A stretch of DNA of 54,454 nucleotides from an uncultured Candidatus Saccharibacteria bacterium (lineage in GTDB: Bacteria; Patescibacteriota; Minisyncoccia; Phycocordibacterales; UBA12079). The DNA lies in assembly GCA_964608745.1 (NCBI GenBank), contig CAZSPC010000002.1, positions 1 to 54,454 on the forward strand. Reading direction: 5' to 3'. Under the pieces are notes generated by a model. It did no database searches and was not told where the DNA came from. It saw only the letters and a list, made by a program, of their open reading frames with translations. A program made the position numbers and the translations under genes. Positions 9,176-17,481 of the stretch are shown here, piece after piece. The first letter of the stretch is position 1. Each line of letters opens with the position of its first letter.

Positions 9176-9180
9176 TCAAT

Positions 9181-9942
9181 ATGTCTACATTTTTATACAT
9201 TCTTTCAGCTTCAATAATTGAGTCGCTCGTTGCCTTAATTGGCATCTTGTTTTTATTTTTAGGTTACGAGAGGTTCAAAAAGTATTTACCGTATTTAGTG
9301 AGTTTTTCTGTTGGAACTTTTTTGGCGGTAACTTTTTTTGAATTATTACCAGAGGCAAGCGAACACCTAGGGCACGAGTTAGCCCCTTTTTATATTTTGG
9401 GTGGTTTTTTGTTTTTCTTTTTACTTTCTCGTTTTTTGCGTTGGTACCATCATCACGAAGAAGGCTGTAGCGAACATGGTCAAATAAAAGTTGGTGGACA
9501 TTTAGTTTTGGTAGGTGATTTCGTTCACAATTTTATTGATGGGATTATTATTGCTCTTGCTTTTATGGTTAATATTCCGGTTGGTATAGCAACTACTGTT
9601 GCAGTTTTGTCACACGAATTTCCACAAGAAGCATCTGATTTTTTCATCCTGATTAATTCTGGTTTTTCTAAAAGTAAAGCATTAATGTTTAATTTACTTG
9701 TTTCGCTTTCGACTGTTTTGGGTGCGACAATTACATACTTTTTGGCATCAAAGATGGATAAAATTGTGGGCCCTGCATTGGGAATTGTAGCTGGAAACTT
9801 TCTTTATATCGCAATGTCTGATTTAGTCCCAGAGTTAAATCATGATCATTCTGGGACAAAAGATACAATCATTCAATTTATTTCTATTGTTTTGGGTATC
9901 TTGTTAATTTTCTTTGTAATGGAGTTTACACATAGTCATTAA
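9181..9942 (+). CDS. ZIP-family divalent metal transporter
   Basis: Multi-pass membrane protein with HEFPQEASDF, GNFLYIAMSDLVPE and a His-rich loop WYHHHEEG. Confidence 0.85.
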   Translation: MSTFLYILSASIIESLVALIGILFLFLGYERFKKYLPYLVSFSVGTFLAVTFFELLPEASEHLGHELAPFYILGGFLFFFLLSRFLRWYHHHEEGCSEHGQIKVGGHLVLVGDFVHNFIDGIIIALAFMVNIPVGIATTVAVLSHEFPQEASDFFILINSGFSKSKALMFNLLVSLSTVLGATITYFLASKMDKIVGPALGIVAGNFLYIAMSDLVPELNHDHSGTKDTIIQFISIVLGILLIFFVMEFTHSH

Positions 9943-10045
9943 ACTTGATTTTTATTGCAAAGTATGGCAAGCTTTTGGTTAGAAAAGGAAGGGGTTTGTT
10001 TCTTTTTTTATTTAAATTTCAATAAAAAACAAAAGGAGAGGTGTT

Positions 10046-10261
10046 ATGGCAGATATTGATTTAGAAAAAACGGTAGATGATATTATTAAAGGCATAGTTA
10101 AGCCAACTTGTTTTCAGGCATTTGGAAAAGTGATTACCGCGCTCCCAGATGGAATTAGTGCTGAAGATTGGCTGATCTTACTTGAATCAAAAGGAGGAGA
10201 TATCGTCAAGAAGTGTTTTAAGGCTCGTGTAAGGGCAAGTATGAAACCAAAGAAGATTTAA
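10046..10261 (+). CDS. Small hypothetical protein
   Basis: 71-aa ORF with a strong SD (aaaggagaggtgttATG). Confidence 0.55.
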   Translation: MADIDLEKTVDDIIKGIVKPTCFQAFGKVITALPDGISAEDWLILLESKGGDIVKKCFKARVRASMKPKKI

Positions 10262-10368
10262 AAAAGGAAAAAGAAACAGAAAAATAAAAAATGGTCAGTT
10301 GGTGTTGAACCTTGGTATTGACCCAAAAAATCTGTATGAATTGCTAGTAGCTAAGCTACTGGCAATTT

Positions 10369-11892
10369 TTAATTTTGCTTAGTGAGTTTCAGTTTTGATT
10401 TTATATTCCTTCTTGCCTCAGAAGTTTTTACAAATTCTAACCATTTTCTATTTGGCTTGGCTGTTTTTTTGGTAATGATTTCTACTCGATCTCCATTTTG
10501 TAATTTGGTATCAAGTGACGCCATTTTTCCATTTATTTTTGCTCCTGATAGATGGTTGCCAATGTAAGTATGAACAGAATAAGCAAAATCAATTGGACTG
10601 GAATCAATTGGTAAATCAATAACATCTCCGTTGGGTGTAAATACGAAAACTCGATGCTCGAAAAAATCTGTTTTGAGTTCTTCAACAACCCGCTCGCTTT
10701 TTTCGTTTTCCGAAAATTCACTCCCGAGCTCTTTTATCCATTCGGGTGCCTTGGGTTTTTCTTTCTTTTCTCCATTACCAATAAGTGGAATTACATTTTT
10801 AAAACGCATCATCTGAGAGATAATATCTCCCGATCTATTACCTTTGTAGGAGAGGTGGGAGGCAACCCCCATTTCTGCAATCTCGTGCATCTCTTTTGTT
10901 CTGATTTGAATTTCAACAATCCCGCCATCACCGGTAAAAATAGTGGTATGAATACTTTGATAATCATTGGGCTTTGGACATCCAATATAATCTTTTAATC
11001 TCCCCGGAAGTGGTTTCCATATACTGTGAATTACCCCAAGTATCTGATAGCAGTCAGCAACAGATTCGGTGATAACTCGCATTGCGGTGATATCATAGAT
11101 TTTTCCGATATCCCCATCTTTTCTCTTTAATTTTTGATATAAAGAATAGAGGCCTTTTATTCTAAAACTTGTTTTAAACTTAGTAAGTTTTGCTTTTGCT
11201 AACGCTTTTTTCAAGGACTTATCGAATTTTTCTAAAAATCGCATATCCCTCTTTTTTCTTTGTTTTAGAAGCTCAGCAGTTTCCTTGTATTCTTGTGGCA
11301 TCAAAAAAGAAAAAGCTAAATCTTCCAACTCTTTGTGAATTACCCTCATTCCGAGTCTGTAAGCAAGAGGGGCAAAAATCTCGATAGTTTCTTTTGATTT
11401 TCTAATCTGCTTTTCTTCCGGTAAGTGTTCAAGGGTCCTCATATTATGAAGACGGTCAGCAAGGCGGATAATTAATACCCGAACATCTTCGGATGTGGCA
11501 ATGAAAAATTTTCGTAAAGATTCAGTGTGTCTTTTCATCCCACGATATTTAAGTTTCCCTAGTTTTGTTACACCCTCAATAAGAAAAAATATTTCTTCGC
11601 CAAATTCTCTTTTTATTACTTTACCGGTTGCATCAGTATCTTCTATAACATCGTGTAACAAACCAGTTGCTATAACTCTTGCTCCCATTCCAAAATCAGC
11701 TAGTATTTTTGCAGTTTCAAAAACATGTGAAAAGTATGGATCGCCTGATTCTCGATACTGACCATCGTGAGATTTTAGTGAAAATTCAAAAGCTTTTTTA
11801 ACCAGATCTTTGTCTTTTGAATCAGCGTGTTTCATTAAGTCAACCAACTCTTGAACATCAAATTTTATTTTTTCTTTTTCATTTTTGGTCAT
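10369..11892 (-). CDS. rel: RelA/SpoT-homolog (p)ppGpp synthetase/hydrolase ending after the TGS domain
   Basis: HD hydrolase motif HDVIEDT, synthetase region YQSIHTTI..EIQIRT, and TGS region VFTPNGDVIDLPIDSSPIDFAYSVH. It is 507 aa with no ACT/RRM tail. Confidence 0.9.
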   Translation of the reverse strand: MTKNEKEKIKFDVQELVDLMKHADSKDKDLVKKAFEFSLKSHDGQYRESGDPYFSHVFETAKILADFGMGARVIATGLLHDVIEDTDATGKVIKREFGEEIFFLIEGVTKLGKLKYRGMKRHTESLRKFFIATSEDVRVLIIRLADRLHNMRTLEHLPEEKQIRKSKETIEIFAPLAYRLGMRVIHKELEDLAFSFLMPQEYKETAELLKQRKKRDMRFLEKFDKSLKKALAKAKLTKFKTSFRIKGLYSLYQKLKRKDGDIGKIYDITAMRVITESVADCYQILGVIHSIWKPLPGRLKDYIGCPKPNDYQSIHTTIFTGDGGIVEIQIRTKEMHEIAEMGVASHLSYKGNRSGDIISQMMRFKNVIPLIGNGEKKEKPKAPEWIKELGSEFSENEKSERVVEELKTDFFEHRVFVFTPNGDVIDLPIDSSPIDFAYSVHTYIGNHLSGAKINGKMASLDTKLQNGDRVEIITKKTAKPNRKWLEFVKTSEARRNIKSKLKLTKQN

Positions 11893-11964
11893 AAATTAAA
11901 TTCTAGCAAAATTAGAATAGAATTACGAATCAAGAATCATGAATCAATAATTGTGAGTCACGAA

Positions 11965-12030
11965 AACAAATCCTTATCCTTGCCACATAAATTACGATAG
12001 TAATTTATGTGGCAAGGATAAGGATTTGTT
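11965..12030. repeat. Perfect 31-bp-stem palindrome with a 4-nt loop
   Basis: aacaaatccttatccttgccacataaattac-gata-gtaatttatgtggcaaggataaggatttgtt. It may terminate the minus-strand gene upstream of it. Confidence 0.85.
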
Positions 12031-12128
12031 AACGACTACGCAGTAGTCGTCTTTGCGAGCGTAAGCGTGGCAATCCAGAAAATAAAAAACACGGCTGAAG
12101 GCCGTGTTAAAAAAGAAGATACTTTGTT

Positions 12129-12407
12129 TTACCACTCATTTACACAGAGTTTATTTTTTTGGATAGACAAATCTAACATTCGTTTACAACCTAAACAATG
12201 GATGTGGTTAATACTGGGTTTAAACATACCGTAGTTTCTTTGTTCTTTTCTAAACCTGATAACCTTTTTTCTAATTCTTTTCATTTTTTCTCCAATAGAT
12301 GTGTTGCAGTGTGGACAGGTTGTGTTTTCTATTTTCACACTTTCGGGAAAAAACGAACACCAAAAACGCATTTCTAATTTTTCAAAAAACCACCTTATTT
12401 TTTTCAC
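12129..12407 (-). CDS. Zinc-ribbon hypothetical protein
   Basis: CPHC...CLGC cysteine pairs. GTG start with SD aaggagaatatt. Confidence 0.5.
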   Translation of the reverse strand: MKKIRWFFEKLEMRFWCSFFPESVKIENTTCPHCNTSIGEKMKRIRKKVIRFRKEQRNYGMFKPSINHIHCLGCKRMLDLSIQKNKLCVNEW

Positions 12408-12564
12408 AATATTCTCCTTATTTGGTTTTTATCTTTTTTCTAAAAATACTATAATCTTTATCTAAAAAATAAGCAAGCAAAAAGCTGTTAGCTGTAAGCT
12501 ACTGGCTATTAGCTTATTAAAATTAGTTTAAAAATATAGATTTATACTATATAATGGAGTAATC

Positions 12565-13299
12565 ATGAAATCGGAAAATAAGAAGCATATTCACCCAATA
12601 ATTCGTGTAATTCAAGACATTACAGCTGTTTTTGTTGATATGGGTTTTGAGGTGGCTAGTGGGCCGGAAATTGAAGATGGATACCATAACTTTGATGCTC
12701 TGAATGTTCCCAAAGACCATCCAGCAAGAGATATGCAAGATACTTTTTGGCTTGAGCCAAGAAATTTAGATAAATTACTAAGAACACATACATCAGGAGT
12801 CCAAGTTCGTTATATGGAAGAAAATAAACCACCATTAGCGATTCTTGTGCCAGGAAAGGTTTTTAGAAACGAAGCCACTGACGCAACACATGATGCCCAG
12901 TTTCATCAATGCGAAGGGCTTGTGGTTGGTGAAAATATAACATTAGCTAATTTAAAAGGTACACTAGAAAACTTTTTGAAAAAACTTTTTGGTGATGATG
13001 TTGAAATTAGACTTCGTCCGGGGTATTTTCCGTTTGTTGAGCCGGGGGTTGAAATTGATATGGTTTGTTTTAAGTGTAAGGGTGATGGATGTCCTGCTTG
13101 TTCGCATTCTGGTTGGATTGAAATACTTGGTGCTGGTATGGTTCATCCAAATGTATTAAATAATGTTGGCATAGATAGTCGGAAGTATCAAGGTTTTGCT
13201 TTTGGTGTGGGGATTGACCGAATTGCGATGTTGAAATACGGAATTGACGATATAAGATTGTTGTATTCGGGGGATCTACGATTAGTAAACCAATTCTAA
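12565..13299 (+). CDS. pheS: Phenylalanine--tRNA ligase alpha subunit, catalytic core only
   Basis: [30 protein letters not shown], motif 2 [19 protein letters not shown], motif 3 [14 protein letters not shown]. At 244 aa it lacks the usual N-terminal coiled coil. Confidence 0.92.
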   Translation: MKSENKKHIHPIIRVIQDITAVFVDMGFEVASGPEIEDGYHNFDALNVPKDHPARDMQDTFWLEPRNLDKLLRTHTSGVQVRYMEENKPPLAILVPGKVFRNEATDATHDAQFHQCEGLVVGENITLANLKGTLENFLKKLFGDDVEIRLRPGYFPFVEPGVEIDMVCFKCKGDGCPACSHSGWIEILGAGMVHPNVLNNVGIDSRKYQGFAFGVGIDRIAMLKYGIDDIRLLYSGDLRLVNQF

Positions 13300-13446
13300 T
13301 TTTAATAATCCCAAAATTGGTGAATTTCTTTGTCAGCTTCGTCGAAAAAACATTCACCGTACTAGGTGTACGGCTCATATTTTTTCTTCTCGCTTCCACG
13401 AACTTCACTCAATTTTAAAACTATTAAGTACTTGTTGGTAAAAACT

Positions 13447-13758
13447 ATGAAAAAATATCAAGAACAAATTGATAACTGGTTTAAAGAACAAAATTGGGAT
13501 TACTGGAATCCTTTGGCTATTGTAACGAGATTATTTGAGGAGTGTGGGGAATTTGCACGGGAGGTTAATCATGTCTATGGTCCAAAACAGAAAAAATTAG
13601 ACGAAAAGAAGAAAGATATTGAAGATGAATTAGGAGATATTGTTTATACATTAATTTGTTTTGCAAATTCACATGGAATAGATTTAGATGAAGCAATACA
13701 AAAAAGTATCGATAAGGTAACTAAAAGAGATAAAGATAGATTTACTAAAACTAGATAA
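13447..13758 (+). CDS. MazG-like nucleotide pyrophosphohydrolase domain protein
   Basis: EECGEFAREV...EDELGDIVYTLICFAN matches the EEXXE...D all-alpha NTP-PPase pattern. Confidence 0.7.
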   Translation: MKKYQEQIDNWFKEQNWDYWNPLAIVTRLFEECGEFAREVNHVYGPKQKKLDEKKKDIEDELGDIVYTLICFANSHGIDLDEAIQKSIDKVTKRDKDRFTKTR

Positions 13759-13849
13759 AAAGAAAAGGCCCCCGGTAGAAACTAACTACTACAAGGGCCC
13801 TCTTCATGGTTATATTAGTATAATATCATTAGGATAAAAATAAAGCAAT

Positions 13850-14416
13850 ATGAAAAAAGTTTACATAATTCATGGTTGGGAAGGAACATCAAAATTTTCT
13901 TGGGTTCCACATATAGCTAATTCTTTAAGGGAATTAGGTTTTGAGGTTGTTGCTCCTGATATGCCAAACACTGATGCTCCTGATATGAAAGAATGGGTTA
14001 ATTATTTAAAAGATATTGCACAAGAAATAGATGAGGAAACAGTTTTTATAGGACATAGTATTGGCTGTCAAACAATAATGAGATTTTTAGAGAAGCAAGA
14101 TAAAAAAGTGAATGGTTGTATTTTTGTAGCTGGTTGGTTTGATTTAATTAATCTATCAGATGAAGAATCTAAGGAAATCGCAAAACCTTGGTTAGAAACT
14201 CCAATTGACTTCAAAAAAATAAAGCAAAATACAGGCAAGATTACTACAATTTTGGGTGATAAGGATCAGTGGGTGCCATATGAAAAAACCAAAGAAAAAT
14301 TCGAAAATAATTTAGGTGCGAAAATTATAACAATGGAAGGACGAGGTCATTTAGATGGAGAAAATGAAAAACTTCCTGAATTAGTAGAAATTTTCAAAAA
14401 AGAATTTATTAACTAA
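13850..14416 (+). CDS. Alpha/beta serine hydrolase (YdeN/RBBP9-like)
   Basis: VYIIHGW start, nucleophile elbow GHSIGC, C-terminal GRGHL. Confidence 0.75.
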   Translation: MKKVYIIHGWEGTSKFSWVPHIANSLRELGFEVVAPDMPNTDAPDMKEWVNYLKDIAQEIDEETVFIGHSIGCQTIMRFLEKQDKKVNGCIFVAGWFDLINLSDEESKEIAKPWLETPIDFKKIKQNTGKITTILGDKDQWVPYEKTKEKFENNLGAKIITMEGRGHLDGENEKLPELVEIFKKEFIN

Positions 14417-14449
14417 GCCCTAAACGCTAAGTCCTACAACCCTAATAAT

Positions 14450-17161
14450 ATGTTAATTTCATACAACTGGATAAATAAATATTTTGACAACAGATTGCCA
14501 AAACCAAATGAATTGGTGGAGATTTTGAACTCCCACGCTTTTGAGGTTGAGAGTGTTGAGGATTTATCTCAAAGATTTAATAAAATTGTTGTTGGGCAGG
14601 TTGTGGGTGTGGAGAAACACCCTGACGCGGATCGTTTAAGTGTAGCAAGGGTAAATACAGGAAGTGAAGAATTGCAAATTGTTTGTGGTGCCTCTAACCT
14701 AGAAAAAAATCAAAAAGTTCCGGTTGCTACTGTGGGAGCTATTTTACCTGATGGGTTTGAAATTGGAAAAGCAAAATTACGAGGCGTTGAATCAAACGGA
14801 ATGATTTGTTCTGAGAGTGAACTTGGTTTAGCAAAAGAATCAGAAGGAATTATGGTGTTAGATGAAAGTGCAAAGATTGGACAAAATTTTGCTGAATACT
14901 TAAATTTAAACGACACAATTTTAGATATTGATGTTTTGCCAAACAGAGCCCACGACTGCCTTTCACATAGAGGAATGGCAAAAGAAATTGCCATCTTAAC
15001 CGACCTAGAGCCAGAAATCAAAAAAAGTGGGGTACCTGGTACCCCACAAACCGACATCAAATCATCTATTGTTGTGAAAATTGAAGATGAAAAATTATGC
15101 CGAAGATATATTGCTGTTGAAGTTCAAAATATTGAGGTAAAAGAATCTCCTGAGTGGCTTAAAAAAAGTTTAGAGTCAATTGGTCAAAGATCAATCAATA
15201 ATATTGTTGATGCAACTAATTATGTGATGTTTGACCTCGGTCAACCCCTACACGCCTTTGACAGAGAAAAATTATCGGGCGGAAAGATTATAGTTCGAAA
15301 TGCAAAATCAGGTGAAAAAATTACAACCTTAGACAAACAAGAAGTAGAATTAGATGAATCTGTTTTGATCATTGCAGATGAACAGTCTCCTTTGGCAATT
15401 GCTGGAGTAAAAGGTGGAGATAAAGCAGAGGTGGATAAAAATACAAAAAATATCGTATTAGAATCTGCAAACTTTGACCCAACTAGTATTAGAAAAACTT
15501 CTCGTCGATTAAATATTCCAACAGATTCTGCTAAAAGGTTTGAAAACGAAATTAGCACCGAATTGGCTGGTGTTGCAATGGATGAGCTAGTTGCTTTGAT
15601 AAAAGAAGTTGCTGGTACAAATGATACTCAATTTGGTGTTAAAAATGATGTTTATCCAAGAAAGCCTAATTTATACAAAGTGGGAGTTTCTACCGACGAA
15701 GTGAACAAATTGCTCGGTACAAATATTTCTGATAAACAGGTTGAAGAAATTTTAGATAGGTTTGGGTTTGAATATGAAAAAATTAACCCACTTGAAAAAG
15801 TTTTGGAATTAGCACCAACATTTGTGGGTGTGCCGTATAAATTAGGAGCAAGTGTTACCTATGACGCACCGAATAAATTTGATTGCTCATCCTTTGCTTC
15901 ATACCTATTTGCACAAGCGGGAGTTTCAATTCCTAGAATTTCAATCGACCAATACCTACTTGGAGACCGGGTCTCCAAGTCTGGGTTGCGAGCGGGGGAT
16001 TTAATTTTTGCTAATACGGGCGAAGGAAAAATTCATTATGAATCGGTAGAATTTTTGTCAGGCACGAAAATAGAAGAGGGGGTTGATCACCTAGGGGTTT
16101 ATTTGGGTGACGGTCAGGTGATTCATTCTTCTCGTTATAACAAAAATGGAGTTGGGATAGGAAAAATTGAAGATTTCGATCAGTTTAAAAACGTTGTTGG
16201 ATACAGGAGGGTGGTTGAAAAAGGCGCTAAACGGTATATGGTTACAATTCCATATGAGAGGATGGATCTGCGAATTAAAGAAGACTTAATTGAAGAAATT
16301 GGACGGGTTTATGGTTATAAAAATATTGAGTCAATTTTGCCGGAAAGTATTGGAGAGCCAAAAATCAATAAAGTTTTTTATTACTCCAACAAGGTTAGAA
16401 AGATTTTAGGAGAAATTGGTTTTAGTGAAGTGCAAACATATACTTTTGGTGATAGGGGTGAGGTTGAAGTACAAAAGCCTCTCGCGAGTAATTTAGGTTG
16501 TCTAAGGACTAATCTGACCGATGGAATTCAGAAAAGTTTAGATTTAAATCTCAAAAATGCACTGTTATTAGGACTAGATGAAATAAAGATTTTTGAAATT
16601 GGAAAAGTTTTTCCATCTATTGATAGTGAATATACTTCTTTTGCGATTGGTATTCGCTCAGCCAAAAAAATGAAGGCGTCCGTCATTGCGAAGGCGAAGC
16701 GTGTGGCAATCCAGGAAGTTATAAGTATCTTAAATAGTGAATTAAACATTGATTTGAAAGCGGAGGAAAAAGATGGAATTTTTGAAATAAACTTTGACGA
16801 GTTGGTTGAAAAACTTCCCGAATTAGAAAATTATGATGGTGTATTGCCAAAAGAGATCGGTGAAGCCATAAAATATCAAAAAATTTCACCCTATCCATTT
16901 ATGTTAAGAGATATTGCTGTTTGGTTGCCGAATGATAAGAATTCAGATGATTTATTGGCAATAATTACAGAAAATGCGGGAGATTTATTGGTAAATACAA
17001 AATTATTTGATACTTACGCACCCGAGGGCGAAAACAGGACATCTTATGCTTTTAATCTTGTTTTTCAATCAGGTGAAAAAACTTTAACCGATGATGAAGT
17101 AAATAAAATTATGGATAAAATTACGAAAGAGGTTGAGAAAAATGGTTGGGAAGTGAGGTAA
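14450..17161 (+). CDS. pheT: Phenylalanine--tRNA ligase beta subunit carrying an inserted NlpC/P60 domain
   Basis: It has the tRNA-binding domain (VVGQVVGVEKHPDADRL), B3/4, B5 (VSTDEVNKLLG...ILDRFGFE / VTIPYERMDLRIKEDLIEEIGRVYGY) and a C-terminal FDX-ACB-like end. Residues about 446-595 match the NlpC/P60 pattern. Confidence 0.95.
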   Translation: MLISYNWINKYFDNRLPKPNELVEILNSHAFEVESVEDLSQRFNKIVVGQVVGVEKHPDADRLSVARVNTGSEELQIVCGASNLEKNQKVPVATVGAILPDGFEIGKAKLRGVESNGMICSESELGLAKESEGIMVLDESAKIGQNFAEYLNLNDTILDIDVLPNRAHDCLSHRGMAKEIAILTDLEPEIKKSGVPGTPQTDIKSSIVVKIEDEKLCRRYIAVEVQNIEVKESPEWLKKSLESIGQRSINNIVDATNYVMFDLGQPLHAFDREKLSGGKIIVRNAKSGEKITTLDKQEVELDESVLIIADEQSPLAIAGVKGGDKAEVDKNTKNIVLESANFDPTSIRKTSRRLNIPTDSAKRFENEISTELAGVAMDELVALIKEVAGTNDTQFGVKNDVYPRKPNLYKVGVSTDEVNKLLGTNISDKQVEEILDRFGFEYEKINPLEKVLELAPTFVGVPYKLGASVTYDAPNKFDCSSFASYLFAQAGVSIPRISIDQYLLGDRVSKSGLRAGDLIFANTGEGKIHYESVEFLSGTKIEEGVDHLGVYLGDGQVIHSSRYNKNGVGIGKIEDFDQFKNVVGYRRVVEKGAKRYMVTIPYERMDLRIKEDLIEEIGRVYGYKNIESILPESIGEPKINKVFYYSNKVRKILGEIGFSEVQTYTFGDRGEVEVQKPLASNLGCLRTNLTDGIQKSLDLNLKNALLLGLDEIKIFEIGKVFPSIDSEYTSFAIGIRSAKKMKASVIAKAKRVAIQEVISILNSELNIDLKAEEKDGIFEINFDELVEKLPELENYDGVLPKEIGEAIKYQKISPYPFMLRDIAVWLPNDKNSDDLLAIITENAGDLLVNTKLFDTYAPEGENRTSYAFNLVFQSGEKTLTDDEVNKIMDKITKEVEKNGWEVR

Positions 17162-17193
17162 TTTTAAGACATTTAACAATTGATATGTGACAT

Positions 17194-17249
17194 TTGACAA
17201 AGGTATCGATAGAGTATCGATACCCTATCGATACCTTTTTTGGTATAAT
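17194..17249 (+). promoter_or_regulatory. Promoter region with a 34-nt palindromic operator-like element
   Basis: TTGACA at 17194-17199. Palindrome GGTATCGATAGAGTATCGATACCCTATCGATACC at 17202-17235. Extended -10 TGgTATAAT at 17241-17249, about 10 nt before the ATG. Confidence 0.6.
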
Positions 17250-17258
17250 TTAAATACT

Positions 17259-17417
17259 ATGAATAAAACTAGAAAAATAGGTAAAAATAGTCAGGGAACC
17301 TATTATGTTTCTTTGCCAAAAGGTTTGATAAAAGAACTGGGTTTTCGCGAAAAACAAAAGGTAGTAGTCAAAAAAAGAGGAAAAGGAATTTTGATTGAAG
17401 ACTGGAAAGATAAATAA
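17259..17417 (+). CDS. AbrB/MazE/SpoVT-family DNA-binding protein (antitoxin-like)
   Basis: YYVSLPKGLIKELGFREKQKVVVKKRGKGILI fits a swapped-hairpin beta-barrel pattern. ATG 17259 is preferred. Confidence 0.65.
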   Translation: MNKTRKIGKNSQGTYYVSLPKGLIKELGFREKQKVVVKKRGKGILIEDWKDK

Positions 17418-17420
17418 AAA

Positions 17421-17457
17421 ACGGTGGGTGTCGGACACCCACCGTTTTTGTTTTTTT
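17421..17457. terminator. Bidirectional Rho-independent terminator
   Basis: Stem acggtgggtgtc/gacacccaccgt flanked by an A-run and a T-run. Confidence 0.8.
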
Positions 17458-17481
17458 GATTATTCTTCTGCTTACCTGTTT

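Noticed and set aside
10382-11761. Several plus-strand ORFs of 61-114 aa inside the rel gene. Similar antisense or out-of-frame ORFs occur inside pheS, pheT, gyrB, valS, truB, DUF2779, the M14 genes and others.
   Set aside because: They lie entirely within long, well-supported genes on the other strand or in another frame. Their composition is low-complexity or Phe/Ser/Leu-rich, as expected from AT-rich antisense sequence, and they have no SD.
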